A stretch of 64,000 nt of DNA from positions 41,239 through 105,238 of the IMG/VR virus record IMGVR_UViG_3300017585_000267. One strand, 5' to 3'. Every line of letters begins with the position of its first letter. The first letter of the stretch is position 1. This DNA comes from a virus (Duplodnaviria; Caudoviricetes). Under the pieces are notes generated by a model that saw only the letters and a list, made by a program, of their open reading frames with translations, was not told where the DNA came from and searched no databases. Below, one piece after another: positions 17,439 through 25,783 of the stretch. The translations under genes and the position numbers were made by a program.

Positions 17439-19850
17439 ATGGGATATGCAAACAAGGGCTTTCCTGCACAGCAGCTTCCCTTCAGGGAGAAGACCAAGAA
17501 GTGGAGGAAGGCCAACGTGGACTTCGCGGACTCGAGGAGCCTGCTGCACTACAACCTCACGAGGAAGTCCGTGTTCAACATGAAGATAAACTACGACCTC
17601 CTCAACGGCAAGCTGCACATGGAGGACCTGAAGCTGATGCTGAACCCCTACGGCACCGCCGCTTCCTACATACCCGACAACATACAGCACTATCCCGTGA
17701 TGAACTCGAAGCTGCAAGTCCTCAGGGGCGAGGAGTCGAAGAGGGTGTTCGACTTCAGGGTGGTGGTGACCAACCCCAACGCCATCTCCGAGATTGAGGA
17801 GAACAAGAAGGAGGAGATGCTCGTGAGGCTCCGGCAGATGGTCGCGGACGACTCCGCTTCGGAGGATGAGTTCAACCGGAACCTCGAGAAGCTCGGGGAC
17901 TACTTCACGTACGAATGGCAGGACATGAGGGAGGTGCGGGCGAACCAGCTCCTCAACCACTACATCAGGGAGCTCGAGATCCCACAGCTGTTCAACGCCG
18001 GCTTCCTCGACGCCATGTGCGTCGGCGAGGAGGTCTACCAGTGCGACATAGTGGGGGGCGAGCCAGTGGTCGAGAGGCTCGACCCGATGAAGGTGAGGAT
18101 ACTGAGGTCGGGGTACTCGAACAGGATTGAGGACGCTGACATAATAATCATAGAGGACTACTGGTCGCCTGGACGGATAATAGACACATATTGGGACCAG
18201 CTCTCGAAGGAGGATCTCAGGAGCATCGAGGAGTCTCCCAATTTCCTTGGGGGTTCCTACACCGACGACATGGGGAGCGTCGACCCGAGGTATGGCCTCG
18301 TGCACGGTGCCGTCCTTGGGGACACGGACGCGGAGCTCGACCCCCTGAGCCTCTTTGACGATGACGTGGACTCCTCGCTTCTGCCATACGACCTTGAGGG
18401 GAACGTTCGCGTCCTGAAGGTCTACTGGAAGTCCCGCAGGAAGATAAAGAAGGTCAAGTCCTACGACCCGGTGTCGGGGGAGGAGCAGTTCAACTTCTAC
18501 CCCGAGACCTATGTGGCCGACGCAGACAAGGGCGAGGAGGAGGAGTCCTTCTGGATAAACGAGGCCTGGGAGGGCATCAAGATCGGCACCGACATCTACA
18601 TCAGCATGAGGCCGAGGCCCGTACAGTACAACAGGCTCTCGAACCCCTCGCGCTGCCACTTCGGGATAGTGGGCTCCATCTACAACATAAACGGCGACAA
18701 GCCCTTCTCCCTCGTGGACATGATGAAGCCCTACGCCTACCTGTACGACGTGATACACGACAGGCTCAACAAGGTCCTCGCGAAGAACAAGGGGAAGATC
18801 CTGAGGCTGGACTTCGCGAAGGTTCCCAAGGGATGGGACGTCGACAAGTGGCTGTACTTCGTTGAGTCCAGCGGCATAGCCGTGGAGAACTCCTTCAAGG
18901 AGGGCGAGTATGGTGCGGCCACGGGCAAGATAGCCGGGGCCATGAACACGGCCTCCTCTGGGGTGATAGACGCGAGCCTGGGGACCGAGATAGTGCAGTA
19001 CTGCAACCTCCTGGACTTCATAACCAACAAGATGGGCGACATGGCTGGCATCTCGAGGCAGAGGGAGGGGCAGATCTCGAACAGGGAGACGGTTGGCGGC
19101 GTCGAGAGGGCCACCTTGCAGAGCTCCCACATCACGGAATACCTGTTCTTCACCCATGAGTCCGTGAAGAAGAGGGTCCTCGAGTGCCTCCTCGAGACGG
19201 CCAAGATCGCCATGAAGGGCAAGGGCAAGCGCAAGTTCGAGTACATCACCACGGACGGGGCGGTGAAGCAGGCCGAGATTGAGGGGGACGAGTTCGCGGA
19301 GTGCGACTACGGCCTCGTGGTCGACAACGGCACCGCCACCCAGGAGCTCAACCAGAAGCTTGACGTCCTCACGCAGGCCGCCGTCCAGAACCAGTATGAC
19401 CTCTCGACCATCATCAAGCTGTACAACACCACCTCCGTCGCCGAGAGGGAGAGGATTCTCGAGAACGACGAGAAGAGGCGCAGGGAGGAGTCCCAGCAGC
19501 AGCAGCAGCAGCAGCTCCAGTTGCAGCAGCAGCAGCTACAGCAGCAGGCGCAGCTCGAGCAGGAGAGGCTTGACAGGGAGTACAAGATGCATCAGGAGAA
19601 GCTGGAGACCCAGGTGCTCGTGGCGAAGATCAACGCCCAGGCCGAGGCCGACAGGCTCGCGATGATGAACATGGACAACCAGGTGACGTCTGACCAGCAG
19701 TACCAGCTCGAGAAAGACAAGCTGGCGCAGGACGTCAAGGAGTTCGACGCCAAGCTCAGGCAGGACGAGGCGTCCCTGGAGCTCAAGAAGAGGCAGCATG
19801 AGGACGACATGAGGATCAAGGAGAGGCAGCTGCGGCAGCAGGGCAAGTAG
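17439..19850 (+). CDS. Portal protein (crAss-like)
   Basis: FPAQQLP...KINYDLLNG, IQHYPVMNSKLQVLRGEE, WINEAWEG, GISRQREGQI, QSSHITE; promoter TATCTTTG at 17409. Confidence 0.92.
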   Translation: MGYANKGFPAQQLPFREKTKKWRKANVDFADSRSLLHYNLTRKSVFNMKINYDLLNGKLHMEDLKLMLNPYGTAASYIPDNIQHYPVMNSKLQVLRGEESKRVFDFRVVVTNPNAISEIEENKKEEMLVRLRQMVADDSASEDEFNRNLEKLGDYFTYEWQDMREVRANQLLNHYIRELEIPQLFNAGFLDAMCVGEEVYQCDIVGGEPVVERLDPMKVRILRSGYSNRIEDADIIIIEDYWSPGRIIDTYWDQLSKEDLRSIEESPNFLGGSYTDDMGSVDPRYGLVHGAVLGDTDAELDPLSLFDDDVDSSLLPYDLEGNVRVLKVYWKSRRKIKKVKSYDPVSGEEQFNFYPETYVADADKGEEEESFWINEAWEGIKIGTDIYISMRPRPVQYNRLSNPSRCHFGIVGSIYNINGDKPFSLVDMMKPYAYLYDVIHDRLNKVLAKNKGKILRLDFAKVPKGWDVDKWLYFVESSGIAVENSFKEGEYGAATGKIAGAMNTASSGVIDASLGTEIVQYCNLLDFITNKMGDMAGISRQREGQISNRETVGGVERATLQSSHITEYLFFTHESVKKRVLECLLETAKIAMKGKGKRKFEYITTDGAVKQAEIEGDEFAECDYGLVVDNGTATQELNQKLDVLTQAAVQNQYDLSTIIKLYNTTSVAERERILENDEKRRREESQQQQQQQLQLQQQQLQQQAQLEQERLDREYKMHQEKLETQVLVAKINAQAEADRLAMMNMDNQVTSDQQYQLEKDKLAQDVKEFDAKLRQDEASLELKKRQHEDDMRIKERQLRQQGK

Positions 19851-19868
19851 CCTTTTGGGATTACGGTT

Positions 19869-19897
19869 AAGGGGGCTCATAGAGTCCCCTTTCTTTT
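19869..19897. terminator. Intrinsic terminator between convergent genes
   Basis: AAGGGGGCTC-ATA-GAGTCCCCTT followed by a T-rich tail. Confidence 0.7.
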
Positions 19898-19924
19898 GTC
19901 CCCACCGGTCCTTTCCAGCAGTCC

Positions 19925-20539
19925 CTAGTCGATTATCTTGACGTACCTGTTCATGGTGTCCCTTATGTAGGGGTTCCCTTCCTTCACGTCGACCCTTACG
20001 ACCGTGCGCTTCCTTTGGAACCACCTTGCCATGAAGCACTTCCTCGGCTTCCCGATTGGTTCCTTTGAGTTGGACACCAATATGTACTTCTGGCTGGTGA
20101 ACTCGGGCTCGGCGGCTATCACGTTAGGGTACTCAAGGTGCAGCCTCATCCTGTACCACTGGTCCCCATACAGTGTGTCAAGCTGGAAGTGCCTGTCCCT
20201 GAAGATGGTGTCCCTCACCGTGATGGTGTCCGTCCTCCTGGCTACCGACGCGAGATACTGTAGGGACTGGATCTCCTTGTCCTTTATCCCCAGCTCTTTC
20301 CGTATGGAATCCATCTTGTGCATGATGGAGTCCTTGAAGTACTCGAGCTGCCCCACCTTCAGGGACAGCGCCCTGTTCGAAAGCTCCATGCCGTTGTACT
20401 GGTCGTCCATGGCCTCGAGGTTCTCCACCGCCCTTCCGTACCTTTCCCCCAGCTTCTTTGAGTGGCCTATGGAAAGGCACAGTCCCATGGTGAGGAGGAC
20501 TATCGCCGCCACGGCTCCTATTATCAGCTTCTTCTTCAT
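19925..20539 (-). CDS. Spanin-like lysis protein
   Basis: N-terminal TM helix, coiled coil, DTITVRDTIF, WFQRKR tail; next to holin/lysin genes. Confidence 0.6.
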   Translation of the reverse strand: MKKKLIIGAVAAIVLLTMGLCLSIGHSKKLGERYGRAVENLEAMDDQYNGMELSNRALSLKVGQLEYFKDSIMHKMDSIRKELGIKDKEIQSLQYLASVARRTDTITVRDTIFRDRHFQLDTLYGDQWYRMRLHLEYPNVIAAEPEFTSQKYILVSNSKEPIGKPRKCFMARWFQRKRTVVRVDVKEGNPYIRDTMNRYVKIID

Positions 20540-20683
20540 CTTGTCATGTTTTTCGCAAAGGTAGCGATTCCTGCGGGTCGTTGTCCTTAGGGATGCCTTT
20601 AGGTTTGTGCAGCCCTCGAGTTATCGGCCAAACACTTGGGGAGAATCAGTTATCTTTGCATGGAAATATAAAGTCTGGCAAGA

Positions 20684-21049
20684 ATGCTCACTGAAGTCGC
20701 CATAGCCCTTATAGGCATACTATCAAGCGTGATATCCAGCTTCGTCACGTTCCATGTGACCAAGCGGAAGTACAACGCCGAAGTGGATTCCAACCTTATC
20801 CAGAACATGCAGGACTCGTTGCAGTTCTACGATGAACTGACCAAATCAAACACGCAGAAGCTCAGGGAGATCGAGGAGGAGAACCGACTGCTCAGGCAGC
20901 AGGTGAGCGAGTTGCAGACACAGGTGGTGAAGCTCATGGGCAATATATGCTACGACGCCACTTGCAGGGCCAGGAAACTTCAGGAAGAGGTCGACAAAAA
21001 GGACAAGGGACATGAACCTTCTGTTGAAGCGCAGGGCAAGAAAGCCTAA
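20684..21049 (+). CDS. Holin-like membrane/coiled-coil protein
   Basis: N-terminal TM helix, KRKYNAEVD, coiled coil; overlaps the lysin candidate. Confidence 0.55.
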   Translation: MLTEVAIALIGILSSVISSFVTFHVTKRKYNAEVDSNLIQNMQDSLQFYDELTKSNTQKLREIEEENRLLRQQVSELQTQVVKLMGNICYDATCRARKLQEEVDKKDKGHEPSVEAQGKKA

Positions 21050-21443
21050 GTACACCATAGGCAGCCTCTACATCGACGGCAGCTATTTCTGTGACACCCT
21101 TGAGGACGCGGACAGGGGGCTCAGGCACTCGATGTCCGATGCGGAGATAAAGTCCGTCAAGGTAGCCGGGGAGACCGCAATCCCGACGGGGAAGTACAAG
21201 GTGCTCTGGACCTACTCCCCAAGGTTCAAGAAGATGATGCCCCTCGTAAACGGGGTGCCTGGGTTCTCGGGAATAAGGATACACTCCGGGAATACCAATA
21301 GTGATACGGACGGGTGCATCCTGTTGGGGCAGAACAAGGTAGTGGGCAAGGTAGTGAACTCGGTGGCCACCATAGACAAGTTCTATCCCATCATAGAGAA
21401 GGCCTCGAAGAAGGGTGAGTCCATCTACCTGGAAATAAAGTGA
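21012..21443 (+). CDS. DUF5675 family protein (putative endolysin)
   Basis: YTIGSLYIDG..FCDTLED, TAIPTGKY, GIRIHSGN...TDGCILLG. Confidence 0.8.
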   Translation: MNLLLKRRARKPKYTIGSLYIDGSYFCDTLEDADRGLRHSMSDAEIKSVKVAGETAIPTGKYKVLWTYSPRFKKMMPLVNGVPGFSGIRIHSGNTNSDTDGCILLGQNKVVGKVVNSVATIDKFYPIIEKASKKGESIYLEIK

Positions 21444-21800
21444 TTACGCTTGTGGCATTGCCACGAGTTTTTCTCAATGTTTTGTGATGTGTCATAAGTA
21501 ATGTTCAATTAGGGTATAGGGAGGCGGCTGCGAAGTCCCCTCCCTATTTTTGTCTTTCGAAGCCCAAGGTTCTCCCTTTCCAACGACCTGACAAGAATTA
21601 TTTGTTTATTTAAGAATTTTATATAACTTTGTGGCGTGCTTGTGAAAGTACGATTACAGGATTAGCAGTACACCTTTTTAAGAAGGGAGGCTCGGGAAAA
21701 TTTGTCGAAGATCGGATTGTCTTTACGAGTACTTGAATGATTTTGATTAGTCAGCATACCTTGGCCTCCCTGTTTTTTATGGACTTTAAGGATTTGAGAT

Positions 21801-22013
21801 ATGTCAACAAGGGACGAGCAGAAGTGGCAGGCCGAGAGTGACGCGAGGGTCATGGCCACCTATCAGGAAATCCTGGGCGACAAGGCCAGGATGAACAGGG
21901 CCGTGAAGGAGGCCAAGCAGCAGGCGTCCGACCTCGCAAAGAGGGCGGTCGCCATGTCGAGGGCCGCCGGGGGTCCGTCAAAGACGTCCCGTACAACCTC
22001 GAAGAAGAAGTGA
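21801..22013 (+). CDS. Small basic protein
   Basis: KWQAESDARVMATYQEI. Confidence 0.7.
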   Translation: MSTRDEQKWQAESDARVMATYQEILGDKARMNRAVKEAKQQASDLAKRAVAMSRAAGGPSKTSRTTSKKK

Positions 22014-22014
22014 C

Positions 22015-22161
22015 ATGGAGAAGGCGAGGACACTTACGGCGCTCATCTCCACGACGCTCAGCGGCCTTGTGAGGCTCGCGAATGAGAAGGGGATACAGAA
22101 GGAGGACATCGTGACCGTGATAAGCGGCCAGGAGCAGTATACCTTGCTATACTATGTTTAA
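22015..22161 (+). CDS. Hypothetical 48-aa protein
   Basis: MEKARTLTAL...ANEKGIQKEDIV...LLYYV, fills the operon gap. Confidence 0.6.
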   Translation: MEKARTLTALISTTLSGLVRLANEKGIQKEDIVTVISGQEQYTLLYYV

Positions 22162-22176
22162 GGCACAGGGCTTCGC

Positions 22177-22389
22177 ATGGACGACAAGAAGACCATAGAC
22201 TACAACGAGGAGCCAGTCCTGTACTGCGCCAGGTGCTACTCACTCAACATCAGGGACGTGGATGGGGTTCCCGATTCAGACTACTGCAAGGATTGCAGCT
22301 GCACCGACATCAGGGAGACCTCCATATTCTCCTGGGAGAGGATGTACCAGATGAGGTACGGCCACAAGCTTGTGGAAAGAAGAAAATGA
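22177..22389 (+). CDS. Zinc-ribbon protein
   Basis: YNEEPVLYCARCYSL...YCKDC. Confidence 0.7.
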   Translation: MDDKKTIDYNEEPVLYCARCYSLNIRDVDGVPDSDYCKDCSCTDIRETSIFSWERMYQMRYGHKLVERRK

Positions 22390-22419
22390 CCAACATAACA
22401 ACAACTTAATTCAAAAGCA

Positions 22420-22779
22420 ATGGAAGAGATGAATAAAAACAACGTTCAGGCCGAGCCTGATGCAAGCGGCAAGAAGCCCACGAAGCTCTACACCGAGGCC
22501 GAGGTCAACCAGGCATGCCAGCGGCTCTATCAGAGGCTCCTGGCCCAGATGCAGCGCATGGACATGACGAACACCTTCAAGAGACTGGACTACCTGTTCC
22601 AGATACTCGACCACAAGGACATGTTCGAGCCCGAGTTCATCGCCGAGTGCGTGTCAGAGCTCACCTCCGCCATGAAGGCCGAGGACGAACCCGAGGCTCC
22701 CAAGGAAGGCGAGACGGAGGCTTCTGAGGCTGGAGAGGCGGACAATGGAGAGACCCCGAAGTCCGCTGGGGAGGAATAG
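22420..22779 (+). CDS. Hypothetical protein
   Basis: FKRLDYLF motif, acidic tail. Confidence 0.7.
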   Translation: MEEMNKNNVQAEPDASGKKPTKLYTEAEVNQACQRLYQRLLAQMQRMDMTNTFKRLDYLFQILDHKDMFEPEFIAECVSELTSAMKAEDEPEAPKEGETEASEAGEADNGETPKSAGEE

Positions 22780-22781
22780 CG

Positions 22782-23195
22782 ATGGGAAGTCCAGCTCAGG
22801 CTTCCCAAGGGAAGTTCCGTAAACCCAACAACATGGTTGAGGTTCCCACTAGGCTGGATACAGACTTCTTCAAGTGGTGGTGCATATTCCTCAGGCCCTT
22901 CATAAACCTCACCAACAGGGAGATTGACGTGGTGGCCTCCTTCCTCAAGCAACGGTACGAGCTCTCAAGAAGCATCTCGGATGAGGCCATCCTCGACTCC
23001 GTGGTGATGGGCGAGGACGCCAAGAAGAGGGTCATCGAGGATTGTGGCATAACGTTGCAGCACTTCTACGTGGTGATGAGCAACCTCAGGAAACGCAAGG
23101 TCATCGTCAATGACGTCCTCAACCCGAGGCTCATCCCAAACATCAGGAAGGACGACAACGGAAAGTTTCAATTGCTCATAGTGTTTGGGGAATGA
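22782..23195 (+). CDS. Winged-HTH-like protein
   Basis: LTNREIDV...HFYVVMSNLRKRKVI...LNPRLIP. Confidence 0.6.
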   Translation: MGSPAQASQGKFRKPNNMVEVPTRLDTDFFKWWCIFLRPFINLTNREIDVVASFLKQRYELSRSISDEAILDSVVMGEDAKKRVIEDCGITLQHFYVVMSNLRKRKVIVNDVLNPRLIPNIRKDDNGKFQLLIVFGE

Positions 23196-23494
23196 CTTAC
23201 GAGGAGATATTCGAGCAGGTCGCGGGGAAGCTCGGCTTGCCTGTCAAGGTTGTGGAGAGGGCATACAAGGCCTACTGGAGGGTTGTCAAGGATTATATAG
23301 CCTCCCAACCGCTCAAGGAGGACCTGACCGACGAGGAGTTCCTTGCACTGCGACCGCATGTCAACATACCCAAGTTGGGGAAGTTCTGTGTCACGCTTGA
23401 CAGGTACAGGAGAGTCAAGAAGTACCATGAGATAGTTGAAATGAAAATAAAGAAAAGACAGGAGAAACAAGATGCTTCACATCAGGAAGGTTAA
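23192..23494 (+). CDS. HU/IHF-like protein
   Basis: IFEQVAGKLGLP..VVE...NIPKLGKF. Confidence 0.6.
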   Translation: MTYEEIFEQVAGKLGLPVKVVERAYKAYWRVVKDYIASQPLKEDLTDEEFLALRPHVNIPKLGKFCVTLDRYRRVKKYHEIVEMKIKKRQEKQDASHQEG

Positions 23495-23885
23495 GCCCCT
23501 GTTCACGTCAGTCATAATCACTGGGGACAGGTTTGAGGACGACTGGATCGAGAACGGCCTTATAGTGGCCAAAAAGGGGGACATAAAGGTTTGGCAGAAG
23601 GTGCTGTTCGTGGGCGATTCCGTAAGGAACCTACAGCCGGGCGACATGGTCATGGTGAACTTCGAGAACTACGCCAAGAGGCGTTACGACAAGAACTCCA
23701 TACAGAACGACCTGGACAACAACCCCATAAAGAGCTATGACATCCATTGGCTCACCATCGACGACGACGAGGGGAATCCGATGGAGTGCATAAAGATAAA
23801 TGACAGGGACGTTGAGTATGCCTTTGAGGGGGAGGAGAGGCCCGAGCCTCAAATCGTGGCCCCGCAAAGCCAGCTCATCGTCTAG
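23472..23885 (+). CDS. GroES-like protein
   Basis: VKPLFTSVII...KVLFVGDSVRNLQPGDMVMV...INDRDV. Confidence 0.6.
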   Translation: MLHIRKVKPLFTSVIITGDRFEDDWIENGLIVAKKGDIKVWQKVLFVGDSVRNLQPGDMVMVNFENYAKRRYDKNSIQNDLDNNPIKSYDIHWLTIDDDEGNPMECIKINDRDVEYAFEGEERPEPQIVAPQSQLIV

Positions 23886-24015
23886 TCATTTATGCGACCC
23901 GATTTTATAGGCTAGGCACGTAGGGGGAGGGCGGCTGTGAAGCCCCTCTCCCCCATTTGTTAAGAAAATCGCTTAGGACGTTCGGACAAGGGGAAACATT
24001 TGGTAATTTTGCGCT

Positions 24016-24564
24016 ATGCGACTGATATCAGTTGAAAACTATGAGCTTAAGGTGGCCGACGAGGCCTTGCTGGTAAAGCCGATAAGGAGGCTGTTCAACA
24101 TGGACAGGACCCTGAAGAAGGAGAAATTCTACCAGCAGATGAGCGTGCTGTTCTTTTGCTATGACCCGAGGAGCAACTACTCCTACATAGTGGACGAGAA
24201 TGACAGGCTGAAGGAGGTCCTCGCCCAGGAGGGAATCCGGGACTTCCGCATGACGGCGGAGTTCAAGGCCGCCGTGGCGGCGTACAGGAAGCTGTGCGTC
24301 ACCTCGTCCTCGGTGCTCCTTGAATCCACCAAGGTCGCCATAGACAAGGTGAGCAGGTTCCTTCGGGAGGTCGACCTCAACGCCCTTGACGACCGTGGCA
24401 AGCCCATATATACAATCAACAACATAACCGCCGCGATAAAGCAGATACCCGAGCTCTCGCAGAAGCTGGCTGACGCCGAGAAGGCCCTCGCGAAGGAGAT
24501 GGAGGAAGGGGGGAAGGCCCGTGGGAGCCAGGAGCTGACAATCTTTGACAACAACATGGACTAA
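24016..24564 (+). CDS. Conserved crAss protein upstream of terL (possible TerS)
   Basis: DPRSNY, position, promoter TAATTTTG at 24004. Confidence 0.55.
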   Translation: MRLISVENYELKVADEALLVKPIRRLFNMDRTLKKEKFYQQMSVLFFCYDPRSNYSYIVDENDRLKEVLAQEGIRDFRMTAEFKAAVAAYRKLCVTSSSVLLESTKVAIDKVSRFLREVDLNALDDRGKPIYTINNITAAIKQIPELSQKLADAEKALAKEMEEGGKARGSQELTIFDNNMD

Positions 24565-24567
24565 GGT

Positions 24568-24753
24568 ATGGTACATTGGAAGATCACTGACAAGGACAAG
24601 GCCGACAAGCTTGGCGTAGGCATCATATGCGCACGAAATGGCGCGTCGTTCCTCAAGCTCAACCTCGACAAGGTTCCCAAGGGAATGACTGCCGACCAGT
24701 ACTATGACTGCATAATAAACGAGGGGGTAGCGGATTGCCATGACGTGGGATGA
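24568..24753 (+). CDS. Hypothetical protein
   Basis: 61-aa ORF in operon. Confidence 0.5.
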   Translation: MVHWKITDKDKADKLGVGIICARNGASFLKLNLDKVPKGMTADQYYDCIINEGVADCHDVG

Positions 24754-25762
24754 CTTGGGAATGAAGGGCAAGGCCGCCTTCATGGGGGTGGCCATAATGC
24801 ACGGCCTCACCGACCTGGGGGACATAAGGCAGGCATACAATGCGTATGCCCAGGAGGCTCCCCAGGCTCCTGTGGGTGCCACGGGAGGGGCAAACCTCTA
24901 TCAAGACGGCGGAGACAAGTACGACTTCGGCAGCTACTTCAGGAAGCTACAGGCTGAGAGGGCTGAAAGGGAGGCCCAGGAGCGGGCGGCTGAGGAGGAC
25001 TTCCTCAATAGGTACTCAATGGCTACGGGAAATCCCGTGGAGGCTATTTCAAAAGATCTCGTCCCATTCTACCGGGAAAGTCCCAAGGACGCGGAGCAAG
25101 TCCTTCAGAACATTATAGACAAGAGGCGTGCGGCAGGCATCCCCGTGAGGATACGCAACAACACCTCAAGGACGGCTGAGCAGTCACAGCACTTGGAAAA
25201 CGTGTTCGCACAAAGGATTGCCGAGAATCACAATGGCACTGTCGGCTATGCGATTCCCTGGGGGGACGAGGTGATAAAGGTCGACAACCTTGGTACATCC
25301 ATCCCCACGAACGCGCTGGATTCCCTCGCGAAGTATGCGGGCATGGCGGGCATCCCTCTCAAGGAGGCCGTAGGGCTTGCCTTTCAGGAGACGAGGTTCG
25401 GGAGGGTTCCATACGGCAACATCGGGGACAAGGGCGTCAACGCCACGGAGCTGATGAACGCGAACTACTTCAAGAACTTCGGGAGCATCCCGGCTGAGTC
25501 CATCGTGAGGGACTTCGCCTACAACAATACCGACCGCTCGCTCCCTCCCCTGTTCCATGCGTTCACGTACTACAACGCCGGAAAGTACAACAGGGGTGAG
25601 GGCAAGACGCCTTCGGGCGAATGGAGGCATACTGCGGAGACGCAGGCCGCAGGAGACAAGGCCTTCGCGATCCCCGGAATCCAGCAATGGGGGGACACCG
25701 AGGGGAAGCGGTGGTACGCCATTGGGATGGAATTGGCGAAGAAGGCCGGCAGAAAGAAGTAA
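24740..25762 (+). CDS. Putative virion cargo protein with lysozyme/SLT-like region
   Basis: N-terminal leader ending NLYQDGG; EAVGLAFQETRFG and YYNAG resemble the transglycosylase pattern. Confidence 0.5.
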   Translation: MTWDDLGMKGKAAFMGVAIMHGLTDLGDIRQAYNAYAQEAPQAPVGATGGANLYQDGGDKYDFGSYFRKLQAERAEREAQERAAEEDFLNRYSMATGNPVEAISKDLVPFYRESPKDAEQVLQNIIDKRRAAGIPVRIRNNTSRTAEQSQHLENVFAQRIAENHNGTVGYAIPWGDEVIKVDNLGTSIPTNALDSLAKYAGMAGIPLKEAVGLAFQETRFGRVPYGNIGDKGVNATELMNANYFKNFGSIPAESIVRDFAYNNTDRSLPPLFHAFTYYNAGKYNRGEGKTPSGEWRHTAETQAAGDKAFAIPGIQQWGDTEGKRWYAIGMELAKKAGRKK

Positions 25763-25783
25763 GGAAGCTTTTGGAAGAGTAGA

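Noticed and set aside
17337-19157. 689-aa minus-strand ORF (also 30437-32221, 48654-50126, 11-754 and similar)
   Set aside because: Antisense shadows of real genes caused by third-position GC bias
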